Shown: in pieces, positions 1-12,174 of the stretch
How the letters are laid out: each line of letters opens with the position of its first letter
Numbering within the stretch: the stretch's first letter is position 1
Assembly (NCBI GenBank): GCA_965153355.1
Contig: OZ231126.1
Coordinates: forward strand, 26,970,001 to 27,034,000
DNA length: 64,000 bases
From: Flaccisagitta enflata
Lineage: Eukaryota
Direction of reading: 5' to 3'
Notes under the pieces: model-generated
What the model was told of the DNA's origin: nothing
Seen by the model: only the letters and a program-made list of their open reading frames with translations
Database searches by the model: none
Translations under genes and position numbers: made by a program

Positions 1-3000
1 CTGTCTTCATTTTTACTGTCCCATTTTAGCCGCTTTATAAAATTTACTTAACATGAGGGTGTCTGTTTCTAGAAAGAATGATATACTTTCAATTTGTGTC
101 TTCGTATTATTGTCCCTGCCTCGGTGATGACTACTTCGCGCGGGCCATATCCGGCCTTGTTTACTTTTCTTCCATCTGGTCTCGGCAGTGGCTCTTGTGC
201 GGCTGATGTCCCAGACCACAGGGAATGAGACGCCTGGTCCGTCCTTTTCCATCCGCCCGTCCACCCGTCCGCCCATCCGCTGTCCCGTCCCTGGCCATCA
301 AATTCCCAACTTGTTCTTTTAGGCCTGATTTGGCCTCTCTCTTATTTACTACTAGGCTGGAAATACTTTAAATCAGCTTCCAGACATCATATCTGCCCTC
401 CAGACCTCACCAGCTCTTCATACCTCTTCTAATCCACCTCCAGGCCTCATATCAGCTTCTTAGACCAACTCTGTCCCCCTGGCCCCAAGCTGCCCTCAAA
501 TCCTCAAAACCTACTTTAGAACTCACTCAGTTCTCAGGTGTTTGGGGCAAACTGCCTTTTGACATCTTATCCACTTCACCTAATATACTCTCAGACGTTC
601 AATTTCTCAGGTCTGGTCACACACGTCCCAAATGCCCCCGCTTCTCCACTACATCACTTAATCACCAGCAGGGCATCAAGTACGCTGACCATAGTGACTG
701 GCTGGGATGACTAGTTCTCTTTTTGACTTCCTCTCCCCACTCATTATCCTCAAGCATTTATTTGCTTCAAGTTTTTCATCTTCCTTCGTCCTAAACCATG
801 CTGGCTATCACAAAATAAAACGGCTCGTAAGCTTTCACTGTAAATAAAACACCAATATTCAAATAGCATTAATAATGCTCACAGACATTGTCTTGTGATT
901 TAATTGAGATTGCAGATAATTATCTCTGTACCTGAAAATCGACTGTGCACAGAAAACAGGTAGCTGGTTATGTTCATGTAAAACAGAGAAGAATTTGGGA
1001 CCGTCACACAGCTTTCTGCTGACTGTTTAAAGCCAGGACACGCACCTATAAGAGTGTCTGTCCGTCCGTCCGTCCGTAAGCATAATGAGTTCGCAAGAGG
1101 AACAAAATGCGCATTTCCGCCCCTGCCCACCCGTCCGCAACTGGTGGCCGTGTATCCGGCCTTGCTGTTATGCAACTGCATCTTACTCAGTACTTCCACA
1201 TCAACTTATAACATTCTGTATGAGACCAAACATGAAGAATCTATGGGACTTTGTCCCGAATTTTCCATGTCCCAAATAGCCCCACTTCCCGTTTGATTTT
1301 AATTGTTAAATTGTTTTGTACTAGATGAAACTTATAATAGGTTTTAAAATATTATTACAATTTTTTCTATTATATGCGTTATTGTCTGTAGTGGGTTCGT
1401 CTGCTGTGCAGTTACTCTTTTTCAAGTCTCACAAATAATTCCCAATCATTTTCACATGCATCCTCAATCCTCATGTCTCTTACATCATGGACAACTTGTT
1501 TTGGCCCCCATCCCACTTGCCTTCAATTTCTCATTTAATAAAATCTTTGATACATCAAGAATGAAGTGCTCTTTGTAGTGTTAACAAGTGATGTGGGGTC
1601 ATAACATTGTGGCGGACAGGTGGGCAAGGGTAATTAACCTCTATCCGACAACCCCCCCCCCACAAACACTCACACAGCCATTTACAATGGCGAAATCATA
1701 TATGCGTGTTTTTGCATTTTCCAACCTTAATTCTCTATTTGATGTACCTCAACTTTGTTTTTTTATCATATCAGGCGAATAGCAAAGTTCTTCCTATGTC
1801 AGTCTACCTCTTATCCATTTGGAGAATACTAATATTGCGCAGCTTTGAAAATTCGATACCAAAAAAGTTATATGAATCTAAATTAAATTTTTGATAAAGT
1901 TTTTTTTTAATTTAAATACACTTTTTATAAGAACGTCATTTTTTGGCCAAAGCCTTCAAAACAGATAGATATAGCTATTAATGAAATAACTACGATGTTC
2001 TTAATTTTGAGGCAGTTTCAAGCCTTGATGTTCTTATAAACTAGGTTCTTATAAAAAATAAAAAGTGTATTCTACAAAGTCAACAAAAATCCAACTTTCA
2101 CCAGATAAAACGAGACCTGCAAATTCATAATTCTGGTAAAATTCTGACAAGTTTGATATCTCACAACATATACTTTTATATGAAAATAATTTTTTTTTTA
2201 TTAATGTTCAATAAAGTTCTGATGTAATGGTTAAAGATTATTTTTTAAAAAAATTGTTCAGTGTGACTTGTCAAATGTTTCAGAATTTTATTAAGAACTG
2301 TAAAAAACTTTGTTAAACAAAGAACAAGATAAATAATTGATAACACCTCAATTATCATTTAAAGTATTGTCGAAAATATTCATCATTTAGTATTTTTTAA
2401 TCTAATTTACTACGTTAAAACTTACATTACATTCTCTAAATTCGATGCTCAGCATGTTTCCCAAGACAGTTTATTGCCGTCCGAGATGATGTTCTTATAA
2501 CAGTGTTTTATAAAAAGAAACATGTGTATGTTATATGTACTGAATCTCTTTTGGGGTGATTGATAGCATTTTGGCCCGACGTACTGTAAGCCCAAAGTTG
2601 ATAAGGATCGTCCTGCCCTGAAACCGAGAGGCAAGAATAGTGAGCTCAAATCATTTAAAACACTAAGGCTCATAAAAGACTTGTGTGGTTGGGAACGTTT
2701 TGTTTTTTCACCATTTCAAAATCCTCATAGGTGAAGTAAGACGAGATTAGATATGGGATCAACTATGTAAAGGTTGAGAATTGAGGGATGAGACTTTTGA
2801 GGGTGAAAATAATTTTAAAAATGTGAGACTTACCACATCAACCCAATTTTTTTCAGCATTGAACTGAGGCTTTTACACATTATTAAATACAATAAGAGGA
2901 ACTGCTTCTAATGCTTCTAATCTTTTGGTTTATCTTCCCACGCGCCAGAAGACTGTCGTTGCGGCTGGTTTCGCGACTATTTCTCCAATCGTCGAGCTGC

Positions 3001-4934
3001 CGAAACCCCAGCGCCGCCGCACCCCACTTCTTCTTTGCTTTCCTTTATTACCTGAGCTAGCTCGCTGTTTTTTTCCAACAGATCGTCCTAGAAGACTGAA
3101 GTGCGGCCGATTCAACTCAAAGGAAAGCTTCCTCAAATTGCTCCACCTTCTGCCTCCTTGTGTTTTGAATTCAAACTGTCTGTGACTGTTCATCATGTCT
3201 GTACAGGTTCCTTGGTTACAGGCTGATATCGCTTGATGAATAGCCGTAGCCCCGATCACAACGAGAATCGAGATGCCTTGTTTGATGATGCCTTTGGCAA
3301 AAGTACGGCGCTCGCTCGGAAGGCGCCCGCACGCCGACGTTCACATGACCGTTCGCAAACGGCATAATCCCTTATCGAAACGCTTCGAGCTTTATGCTGA
3401 TGTCACCTGGTCCACAGCTGCAACATCTTCTCCACTCAGTGAGGACATTTAGACTCTGGACAGAGTGAAATCTCTATGACTGATTGCCCATGTGGCAATA
3501 CACCAGGAAGTCTAGAGGGTTTTGGGAAATCACTGAGGACAGATGTAACTTACGTGAAGAAAATAGATTTGTGTTGTGGCGGAAAGAAGGTATTTAATTT
3601 CTACAATACTGCTGGCGATATTTTTAAAAGCGACAGCACCTCTATAACTGGCTGTGTCCGTTGGTCGGTCGGTCGGGTAACGCATTCGTTCGACGATCCT
3701 CACGTCGCACCTTATTGGACTACTTGGCCTTGTTCATTGAAATCCAAACATCATTTATGTACCATGTATGAAAATCAATGTTTGACAGTTGGAGGGACCG
3801 GGCAGATGGGAGGGGGACCGGGCAGATGGGGGAGGTGGTCAAAGGCCACTCAGCCACGTTTTTTTTCATGAATATTTTGTACTCATTTCAAATCATAAGA
3901 TTTTACACTCAACTTGACCAACTAATTTCAAAGTAGTATTTTCATTTATCTACATTTTATAAATCAAGTGTATTCGGCGGTTCACTTAGGAAGCTGAGGA
4001 TGTCAAAAGCTTTTTTTTGTTAACTTCCATTTTATTGGTATCCATTTTTCATTTTACTGTCTTATTCCTTGTAGATTGAACTTTTACATTTTTGTCAATC
4101 CAATTCCTTTTGACCATTTTTTCATCTCTTGCCTGGAAACATTTTTTTACGATTTACACGTTTTATTTCTATCCTTGGTAAGATTTCAACTCTCCTCTTT
4201 CAATTACATACCATCTTATTTCTTTCGTGGTTTTCATTTTTCATTTCTCATATGATTTTGATTGTTGTCACTGTAAATTTTCAAATCCATGCATTTACCT
4301 CATTTTTCATCTTGTCATCTTGCCACTTCTGCTAATCATTTTTTGACCTCCAATTTTTTTTCAGTTCCACTACTGTTATTATTTCAAGTTTCTCTTTTGC
4401 ACTGTGGTATTCCTCTTTTATTTGCACGGCTCATTTAGCATTGTTTCTACCACTTGTTTCTCATCTCCTTTTTTTCTTTTTCTCATGGGATATGTACCCA
4501 CAGTTCAACAGTATCACGCGGTTTCCACTTTTTGTTTGTCAAGTGATATTGTATTATCATTTTTTCAAGTTTTCGTTTTGAGGTCGCGGACACAAATTTC
4601 CTTGTCGGTCGGTTGGTCTTTCTGTCGGTCCGTCTGTAACTTTTGCGAAATTTGGGCGGCTGTTTGCTTCACTGCCCCTGCCCTGGGGAAGTCTAAACTG
4701 CCTTGTTTGAAAACTGTGATACTCGATTTCGCGATTTCTCTCGATTTCTCTCTCGTGATCACTTTGTGGCCGCCTTTATTTTATACGTATACATGTAGTT
4801 TCTAGTGACTAATGAATTCATTTCTGAACGAGGTATAGTCCGCTAGAACGAGTTTAACCTTAAACCTTACCGTTCGTTATTTGTAAATTGGCATCTTGAC
4901 CATCTCTTTTACGTTTTGCATTATCTCTTTCAAG

Positions 4935-5978
4935 GACCACGCCGCCGCCGCCATCGCCGCGGCCGGCGTCCCTGTCTACGCGTGGAAGGGAATGACGGAC
5001 GAGGAGTACCTTTGGTGCATCGAGCAAACCATCTTCTTCCCAGACGGGCAACCCCTCAACATGATCCTCGACGACGGCGGCGACTTGACCAACCTCATCC
5101 ACACCAAATACCCCCACTTGCTCGATGGCATCTACGGCTGCTCCGAGGAGACCACCACGGGCGTCCACAATCTCTACAAGCTCCACAAGAAGGGACTTCT
5201 CAAGATCCCCGCCATCAACGTCAACGACTCCGTCACCAAATCCAAGTTTGACAACCTCTACGGCTGCCGGGAGTCGCTCGTCGATGGCATCAAGCGCGCC
5301 ACCGACATTATGATCGCCGGCAAGGTCGCCGTCGTCGCCGGATACGGTGACGTCGGCAAAGGCAGCGCTCAGGCTCTCCGCGCTTTCGGCGCCCGCGTCT
5401 TGGTCACGGAAATCGATCCCATCAACGCCCTGCAAGCCGCCATGGAAGGCTTCGAGGTTACCACCATGGACGAGGCCTGCAAGGAAGCTCGCATCTTTGT
5501 CACCACCACGGGCTGCTCCGGCATCATCGAGGGCCGCCATTTCGAACAAATGTTGGAAGACGCCATCGTCTGCAACATCGGACATTTCGACTGCGAGATC
5601 GACGCCGCCTGGCTGAACGACAACGCCGTCAAGAGTAACGTGAAGCCCCAAGTCGATCGCTACACCCTCAAAGACGGCAAACACATCATCCTCCTCGCCG
5701 AGGGCCGTCTGGTCAATCTCGGATGCGCCATGGGTCATCCCTCATTCGTCATGAGCAATTCCTTCGCCAATCAAGTCCTCGCCCAAATCGAACTCTGGAC
5801 CCGTCACGCCGAATACAAGGTCGGCGTCTACATGCTCCCCAAGAAGCTCGACGAGGAGGTCGCAGAAGCTCATTTGGAGCATCTCGGCGTCAAGATCACT
5901 ACTCTCACCAAGGACCAATCCGATTACTTGGGCATCCCGCAATTCGGACCTTACAAGCCCGACCACTACAGATATTAA
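4935..5978 (+). CDS. AHCY: S-adenosylhomocysteine hydrolase (adenosylhomocysteinase), long terminal exon; 5' exon(s) not found in the window
   Basis: Acceptor tttcaag|GAC at 4935, then 348 codons to TAA at 5976-5978. Family motifs present: [58 protein letters not shown] (NAD binding), [21 protein letters not shown] and C-terminal [12 protein letters not shown]-rich codon usage against an AT-rich background. Confidence 0.97.
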   Translation, partial: DHAAAAIAAAGVPVYAWKGMTDEEYLWCIEQTIFFPDGQPLNMILDDGGDLTNLIHTKYPHLLDGIYGCSEETTTGVHNLYKLHKKGLLKIPAINVNDSVTKSKFDNLYGCRESLVDGIKRATDIMIAGKVAVVAGYGDVGKGSAQALRAFGARVLVTEIDPINALQAAMEGFEVTTMDEACKEARIFVTTTGCSGIIEGRHFEQMLEDAIVCNIGHFDCEIDAAWLNDNAVKSNVKPQVDRYTLKDGKHIILLAEGRLVNLGCAMGHPSFVMSNSFANQVLAQIELWTRHAEYKVGVYMLPKKLDEEVAEAHLEHLGVKITTLTKDQSDYLGIPQFGPYKPDHYRY

Positions 5979-6751
5979 ACTGGAGTCGCGCAGGTCGTGA
6001 AATAAACGGAGAAGTGACTCATGAAAAAAAAAAACACAAGACAAAAAAAAAAAAACAAAAAACAAAATAAACTTAAAACCGCGCGTTTCTGCGTGCCTTT
6101 CCATGTATAACGAGTGATAGATAGTCTTTAATACCGAAATCAGTATTTTAAACGAGGAGAAAATTGAGTCAATTTGAGATTTTGTCACGTTATTTTCAAG
6201 CATCGTCAACGCAACTTCTGTGAATGTCGTTTGTATTTCCATTTTGTCGTTTACATTTACATCCGTTACCTCGCTTCATTTGCTCCAATGTATTGCCCTG
6301 GATTCTTACATTTTTTTTTCTGTGTCAAGATCAAAGTTTCCAGTCAGAATATTTTCGAAAATATTTTTACTGTGCAAAGAAACCGGATATATATACTTAT
6401 TATTCAATCCCGCATGCGTCATTCTAACGTCACCACGGAATGCCTTACATGATCGGTTTAATCATGGCAGACCTAGTCTTTGTACTTCTTACTCGGAACG
6501 TTTATAGTCAGTCATTTCTTTCTATATCCATCGTTTCTTTTGAATCTTTTAAAACTTTTTACACAAAACATTCTTTTTTTCCTGTTACTGTTAAGATTAT
6601 TAACTTTTGGAAACGCGATCCGCGGATCATCGTGCCAAAAAAAAACACTAATTGTAAACAAAAACAAGAGAATTCTCAAAAGAAAAACTTGCTAACACTA
6701 TCTCTTATCGTCTTAAAACCTTCCGACGAATAAAAAACCTTACAATCAAAA

Positions 6752-6957
6752 ATGGCAGATTTCGACTCTTGCAACAAAGTTGGACAACAAGACATTGAGT
6801 CTTTCCTCTTCACCTCCGAATCCGTTGGAGAAGGTTAGTTCAATATAGATTCATTTTGTCTGTCCCTTTGTCTGTTATCCGACTAATCTAGCGACTGTGT
6901 TAAATACACTGTTAGTCTGCTGTTTTCTGTCATGCGGTCTGACAAATGACGATGTTT

Positions 6958-7014
<57 letters not shown>

Positions 7015-10000
7015 CTTTCCTTCCCTACTTCCTTCCTTTCTTCCTTTCTTCGTTCCCTCCTTCACTCACTCACTGCCACTCAATTTCATCCTCTTTCTCA
7101 CTCGCTTACTCATTCTCTCACTGCCATTCAATTTCATCTTCCGTATTTACTTCGTTCCCCTTCACAGGTCATCCCGACAAGATCTGCGATCAAGTGTCTG
7201 ATGCCATCCTCGATGCTCACCTCAAACAAGACCCCAACGCCAAAGTCGCCTGCGAAACGGTCAGTTTTCTTCCTACCTTTTTTGCTTTTGAAACTTGAAA
7301 GAGGGGATTAGCTAGATCCTTTCAAAGTTGGTTTGATTCTTCGTTTTTGAAAACAAAATTTCCTCGCCTGGACAGTTTTTTTTTTGTTCCTTCAGAACCG
7401 ATAATCTAATCCCCTTACAGGTTTTGGCCGCAAAATACCTTGGTTTGAAAAAGAAAACTTCTGCGAAACCTTTTTGTTTATCAAAATATCAGTATAATTT
7501 GGCCTTAAAAGGATTTTATCTTCGTCCTTGAGGCCACTCACCCAGTTACAGTATACAATCCCTTGTCAGTGCACTTGGGGAGTAGAGAGAAGACGTACGT
7601 GAGTTTCATCGTTCCCAAAAAATTTTCCATCCTCGTTCTCTAATTTATCTAGACCTCAAGCCCTTGGACATGAAACAGTTGGCAGTTTTGAACTTTCTTC
7701 AGAATTTGTGAGACCATTAATAACCCTCGGGCGCTGCCAAAAGATCTCTGGTCGAACATTGATGAGTTTATACAACTACGCAAAAGACCTTGATATTCAT
7801 TCGGTTTGTCAGTCTGTCTGTTCCTATCCATTTTTATTCTTCAGCTGTTAGTCTGCCCAGTGTGCCTTTGGGTCTGTGCATGTCTTTTCGAATTTTATGG
7901 CGTTTATCTTTAAACTTGAGAGAAAAGTTCATCTTGGCAGAGTTCACCGTCTTTGACGTGGCAAAGTGGTAATTGTTTCAAGAATGCTCGAAGGTTGAGG
8001 ACAAAGTATGAGAGAGAATGAGAAAGGGTGAAAATGGAAAGCGCAAAAAGGAAGAATTGAGTATTTGACAGATTGAAAAGATGAACTTGTTAAAATGGCT
8101 GATCCTTCTTTGAATCTATGTTTCAACAAGGCCGGATACACGGCCAATACCAGTCGCGGACGGGTGGGCAGGGGCGGAAATGAGGTGCTGACGCTCCACT
8201 CGATCAGACACGTGATCAACCTGCCTGACTGTACTCGAATCCAATCTGACCAAATTAACGACGGACGGACAAAGTCTGTTAAAATGGCTGATCCTTCTTT
8301 GAATCTTTGTTTCAAAAAGTGGCATTATTATTACCTAATTAACAGTATACACAAGAAAAAAATCGCGTTTCATGCCCATTTTCGTTCCTCTGACGGTTCT
8401 GTCAACCCGAGATAATGAACTAAAGTCAAATCCAATTATCCCCAATTTGCATATCGCTAATTTCTTGTCCATGATGGCCTGGGGCCATCGAGGCTGCTAC
8501 TTAGTATGAGCTTTGTGTGCCGACTTATTTGATACTTATTTCGATATCCTTCTTTTCCCTTCTGATGCTCTCAGGTCGCCAAGACTGGTATGATCCTCGT
8601 CTGCGGAGAAATCACCTCCAAAGCCGTCGTCGACTATCAAAAAGTCATCCGCGACACCATCGAACATATCGGCTACGACGACTCCTCTAAAGGATTCGAC
8701 CATAAGACCTGCAACGTCTTGGTCGCCCTCGAACAACAGTCCCCCGATATCGCTCAAGGTGAGAGAAAAAGGCCTCTAGTCTAGTAGAAGATTTGAAATA
8801 CATAATCATCCTCTTGATCCTCATTATCGTCGTCGTTTTCATCATGTCACTCATCCTCTTCATCATCGTCCATATCCATTACTCATCATTATCCTCTTGT
8901 ATTTCATCATCTTCTTCATCATCATCATCGTCATCATCATCATTCTCTTTTCCTCATCCTCTTTTCCTCATCCTCTTCATCATCTTCCTCTTTATTATCC
9001 TCTTCATTATTGTCATCCTCTTCATTATCATAAACATCTTCGTCATCCTTTTCCTCCTTCATCGTCATCCTCCTCTGTCGTCTTCCTCCAATTACCGAAG
9101 CATTTTCATCTCTTTGCCATTTTACCTGATCATCATCATCATCATCATTATCTTCATCATTATCCCTCTCATAATCTTCCTCCTTTTTCCTTTCCATGAT
9201 AAACACCATCTTTTTCTCCTCTGTCGATTCACTTTTGGGGGTAGTCAACACTTGGGGGGTAATGGACACTTGCAGGGGGCAGTCAACACTTGTAGGGGAA
9301 AGTTGACAGTTGCCGGGGGCAGTCAAAATTTGTGGAAGGTAGTTGATACTTGCCGGGGGTAGTTGACTCAGGGGGTAGTGGGGGTGGTAGTTAACACTTT
9401 TGGGGGTAGTTAACACTTTTGGGGGTAGTCAACACTTGGGGGGTAGTGGACACTTGCAGGGGGTAGTCAACATTTCAGGGAGGTAGTCAAAACCTTATGA
9501 AGGTAGTTGACAATTGGGGGAAGACATTTATGTAGTTTACACTTTGGGGTAGACAGCAATTTGCAAGGGTAGGACGAAGTGGGGGTATTCGGCACTTTTG
9601 GGGGTAGTTGATATTTTCAGGGGTAATAAATATTTGTAGGGGGTAGTCAATATATGAGGGGGGTAGATAACACTTGCCGGGGGTAGTTGGCACTTGCAGG
9701 GGGTAGTCAACACTTGTGGGGGGTAGTCAAGGTTTGCGGGGGGTAGTGGACACTTAGGGGGGGTGGTAATCAACACTTGCAGGGGGTAGTTGACACTTGT
9801 GAGCGAGACTCTATACCAACATATACTTTCAATTTATAAAAAGTTCATTTCAGCAATTTACATGGCCTCCCTGTAGTAATTGAACTTCCTTTAGTTTGCT
9901 TCAGTCCTTAGTAATTTTCTACCTAGCAGTTTGTAAGCCTGCATTTTGAAAAAAATCACACCTTAGCATCCTATCAGTGATTAGCAAAAGTTGCGATTGT

Positions 10001-12174
10001 CGTTTTGTCCATAGACTGTTCTCTTTGAACATCTTTTTGTCTTCCTCCCACTTCTCAGGCGTGCACGTTGGTCGTGATGAGGATGAGACCGGAGCCGGAG
10101 ATCAGGGACTCATGTTCGGCTACGCCACGGACGAGACCGAGGAAGCCATGCCCCTCACCGTCGTCCTCGCTCACAAACTCAACCAGAGAATGTCCGAACT
10201 CAGACGCAACGGAACCTGCAAGTGGCTCAGACCAGATTCCAAGACTCAGGTGAGTTGGATATCTCAATGATAGGTTGATTAGGTTTTGAAAGATTAGATG
10301 ACTGGGAGTGAAGGATTGATTGGTTGGATATGAATGAATGGCTCATTGGGGAACTGAAGATATGCTGATAAGCGACGAGGTCCTTGTTGATTTTGATTGA
10401 TTGACTTGGTTAGACTGGCTTTGATTGATTGACTTGGTTGGATTGATTAACTGGCTTTGATTGATTGACTTGGTTTCTGGTTAGATTGATTGTGTTTGAT
10501 CGTTTTACTGGGTTTTGTTTGACTAATAGGGTTTGTTTTGGGGACTGTTTGATTGGCTGACTGGTTTGGATTGACTTAGTATGACTGATTGACTTGGTAT
10601 GATTGATTGATTGACTGACTTAGTTTGATTGACTGACCGAGTTTGATTGAATGATTGACTGGATTTGAATGAAAGTTTGACTAGATCTGCATGGACTAAC
10701 CAATTACTTATTTGTCAACCCATCTCGTAAAACTTCGTCTTGCCTTTCCTTGCCACTCCAGGTCACCTGCGAATACTCTTTCAAGGATGGTGCTTGCATC
10801 CCAAAGCGCGTGCACACCGTCGTCATCTCCGTTCAACACGACGAACACATCCAATTGGAGAACATGAGAGAGATCTTGATGAGCAGCGTGATTGTCCCCG
10901 TCATCCCCGCCAAGTACTTGGATGAGAACACCATCTACCACTTGCAGGTAAATGAACTGGCAAAAAATGTGTTTTTCTCCCCTGAATGCTTATTTTCTGT
11001 CTGATACGATGATTCCTTAGGGACAAGGTTGCTATAAGTCTATCTTGTTACGTTGTTTGCAACCTTGCCAGTTTGCCGGTTTGCCAACTTGTCTATCATT
11101 TTTGTGCCACTCTGTTTGCCATGGCACTCGGTCTGCCGTGCCACATGGCCATATGGCCTCTTTGTTTGCATCTCTACCATCCCGATGTTTGTTTTCCTGA
11201 GATTCTCCCAAAGTTCTTGACATTTTTTATTCACTTTTCAATTCAGCCTTCCGGCAAATTCATCATCGGCGGTCCCATGGGAGACGCCGGTTTGACAGGC
11301 CGCAAGATCATCGTCGACACTTACGGAGGATGGGGCGCCCACGGTGGCGGCGCTTTCTCCGGCAAGGACTTCACCAAAGTGGATCGTTCCGCCGCCTACG
11401 CCGCCCGCTGGGTCGCCAAATCCCTCGTCAAGGCCGGACTCTGCAGACGCGTCTTGGTTCAAATCGCCTACGCTATCGGTATCGCCGAGCCACTCTCCAT
11501 CACCGTCTTCAGGTTGGTTTTGCAACTCGCGTAGTTGTGTCTTGCCTATGTTGTAAGCATTCTGATGGTTGGTGCGATGCTGGTTTTTGTCCGGAATTCT
11601 GAACAAAATGATCGATTCCAGATGATCGAATCTTGCGTCTGGTTTTACTTTTTCTGTTTCTTCTCTCGTTTCCTGCATTTTAACTTTTGTTTCTAAATTC
11701 GTTTTCATCTGAGCACTTCTTGCTCTTGACTCCTCTGGCTCAACTTCCAGTTTGCTTACTTCCGCCGTTTGTTCCTGTCTCTACCTTTGCTTTTCCTTCC
11801 TCTGCTTCTTTGCTACTTCTGCATCTCTGCTTTCTCTGCTTCCTCTGCTCCTTTGCATTCTGTGCTATTTCGCTTCTCATGCAACTTTGCTTCCTCTCGC
11901 TTTTCTTTTGACTTCGCTTCTGCGCCATTTTATTCATCTTAGCATCGATGCCAGTTAACAATCGCATTTTTCCTCTCCCTTTTGCAGCTACGGTACGTCG
12001 ACAAAGAGCGAGCAAGAGCTTCTGGATATTGTCAAGAAGAACTTCGACCTCCGCCCAGGCAGAATCGTCAAGGACCTCCAATTGAAGAACCCCATCTACC
12101 AGAAGACCTCCGCTTACGGTCATTTCGGTCGCGACGGCTTCACGTGGGAAAACGCCAAGAAGCTCGCGTTTTAA
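6752..12174 (+). CDS. MAT: S-adenosylmethionine synthetase (methionine adenosyltransferase), complete, 7 exons, 395 aa
   Basis: Exons 6752-6833, 7168-7259, 8575-8758, 10059-10249, 10762-10947, 11247-11512, 11988-12174. All introns are GT-AG, phases are consistent, and the total is 1188 nt. Motifs: [83 protein letters not shown]. Confidence 0.97.
7396..7598 (+). promoter_or_regulatory. Candidate alternatively spliced poison (NMD) cassette exon inside MAT intron 2
   Basis: Two acceptors: a long T tract + ccttcag| at 7395, and ctaatccccttacag| at 7420. Consensus donor AC|GTGAGT at 7599. Both acceptor choices give an in-frame stop. The sequence is non-repetitive and rich in hairpins. Confidence 0.45.
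9235..9800. repeat. G-rich minisatellite (about 20-nt unit, GGGGGTAGTCAACACTTGC-like) in MAT intron 3
   Basis: Degenerate tandem copies of gggggtagt...acactt are directly visible. Confidence 0.85.

Noticed and set aside
2925-3460. GC-richer island with short ORFs, considered as AHCY 5' exon or a gene
   Set aside because: No AHCY N-terminal motifs in the frames checked and no recognisable domain; probably a decayed element.
4860-5738. 292-aa minus-strand ORF
   Set aside because: Antisense shadow of the GC3-rich AHCY exon.
7583-7591. TAGAGAGAA as a METTL16 site
   Set aside because: It lacks the C of UACAGAGAA, and AG-rich near-matches are common in this genome.
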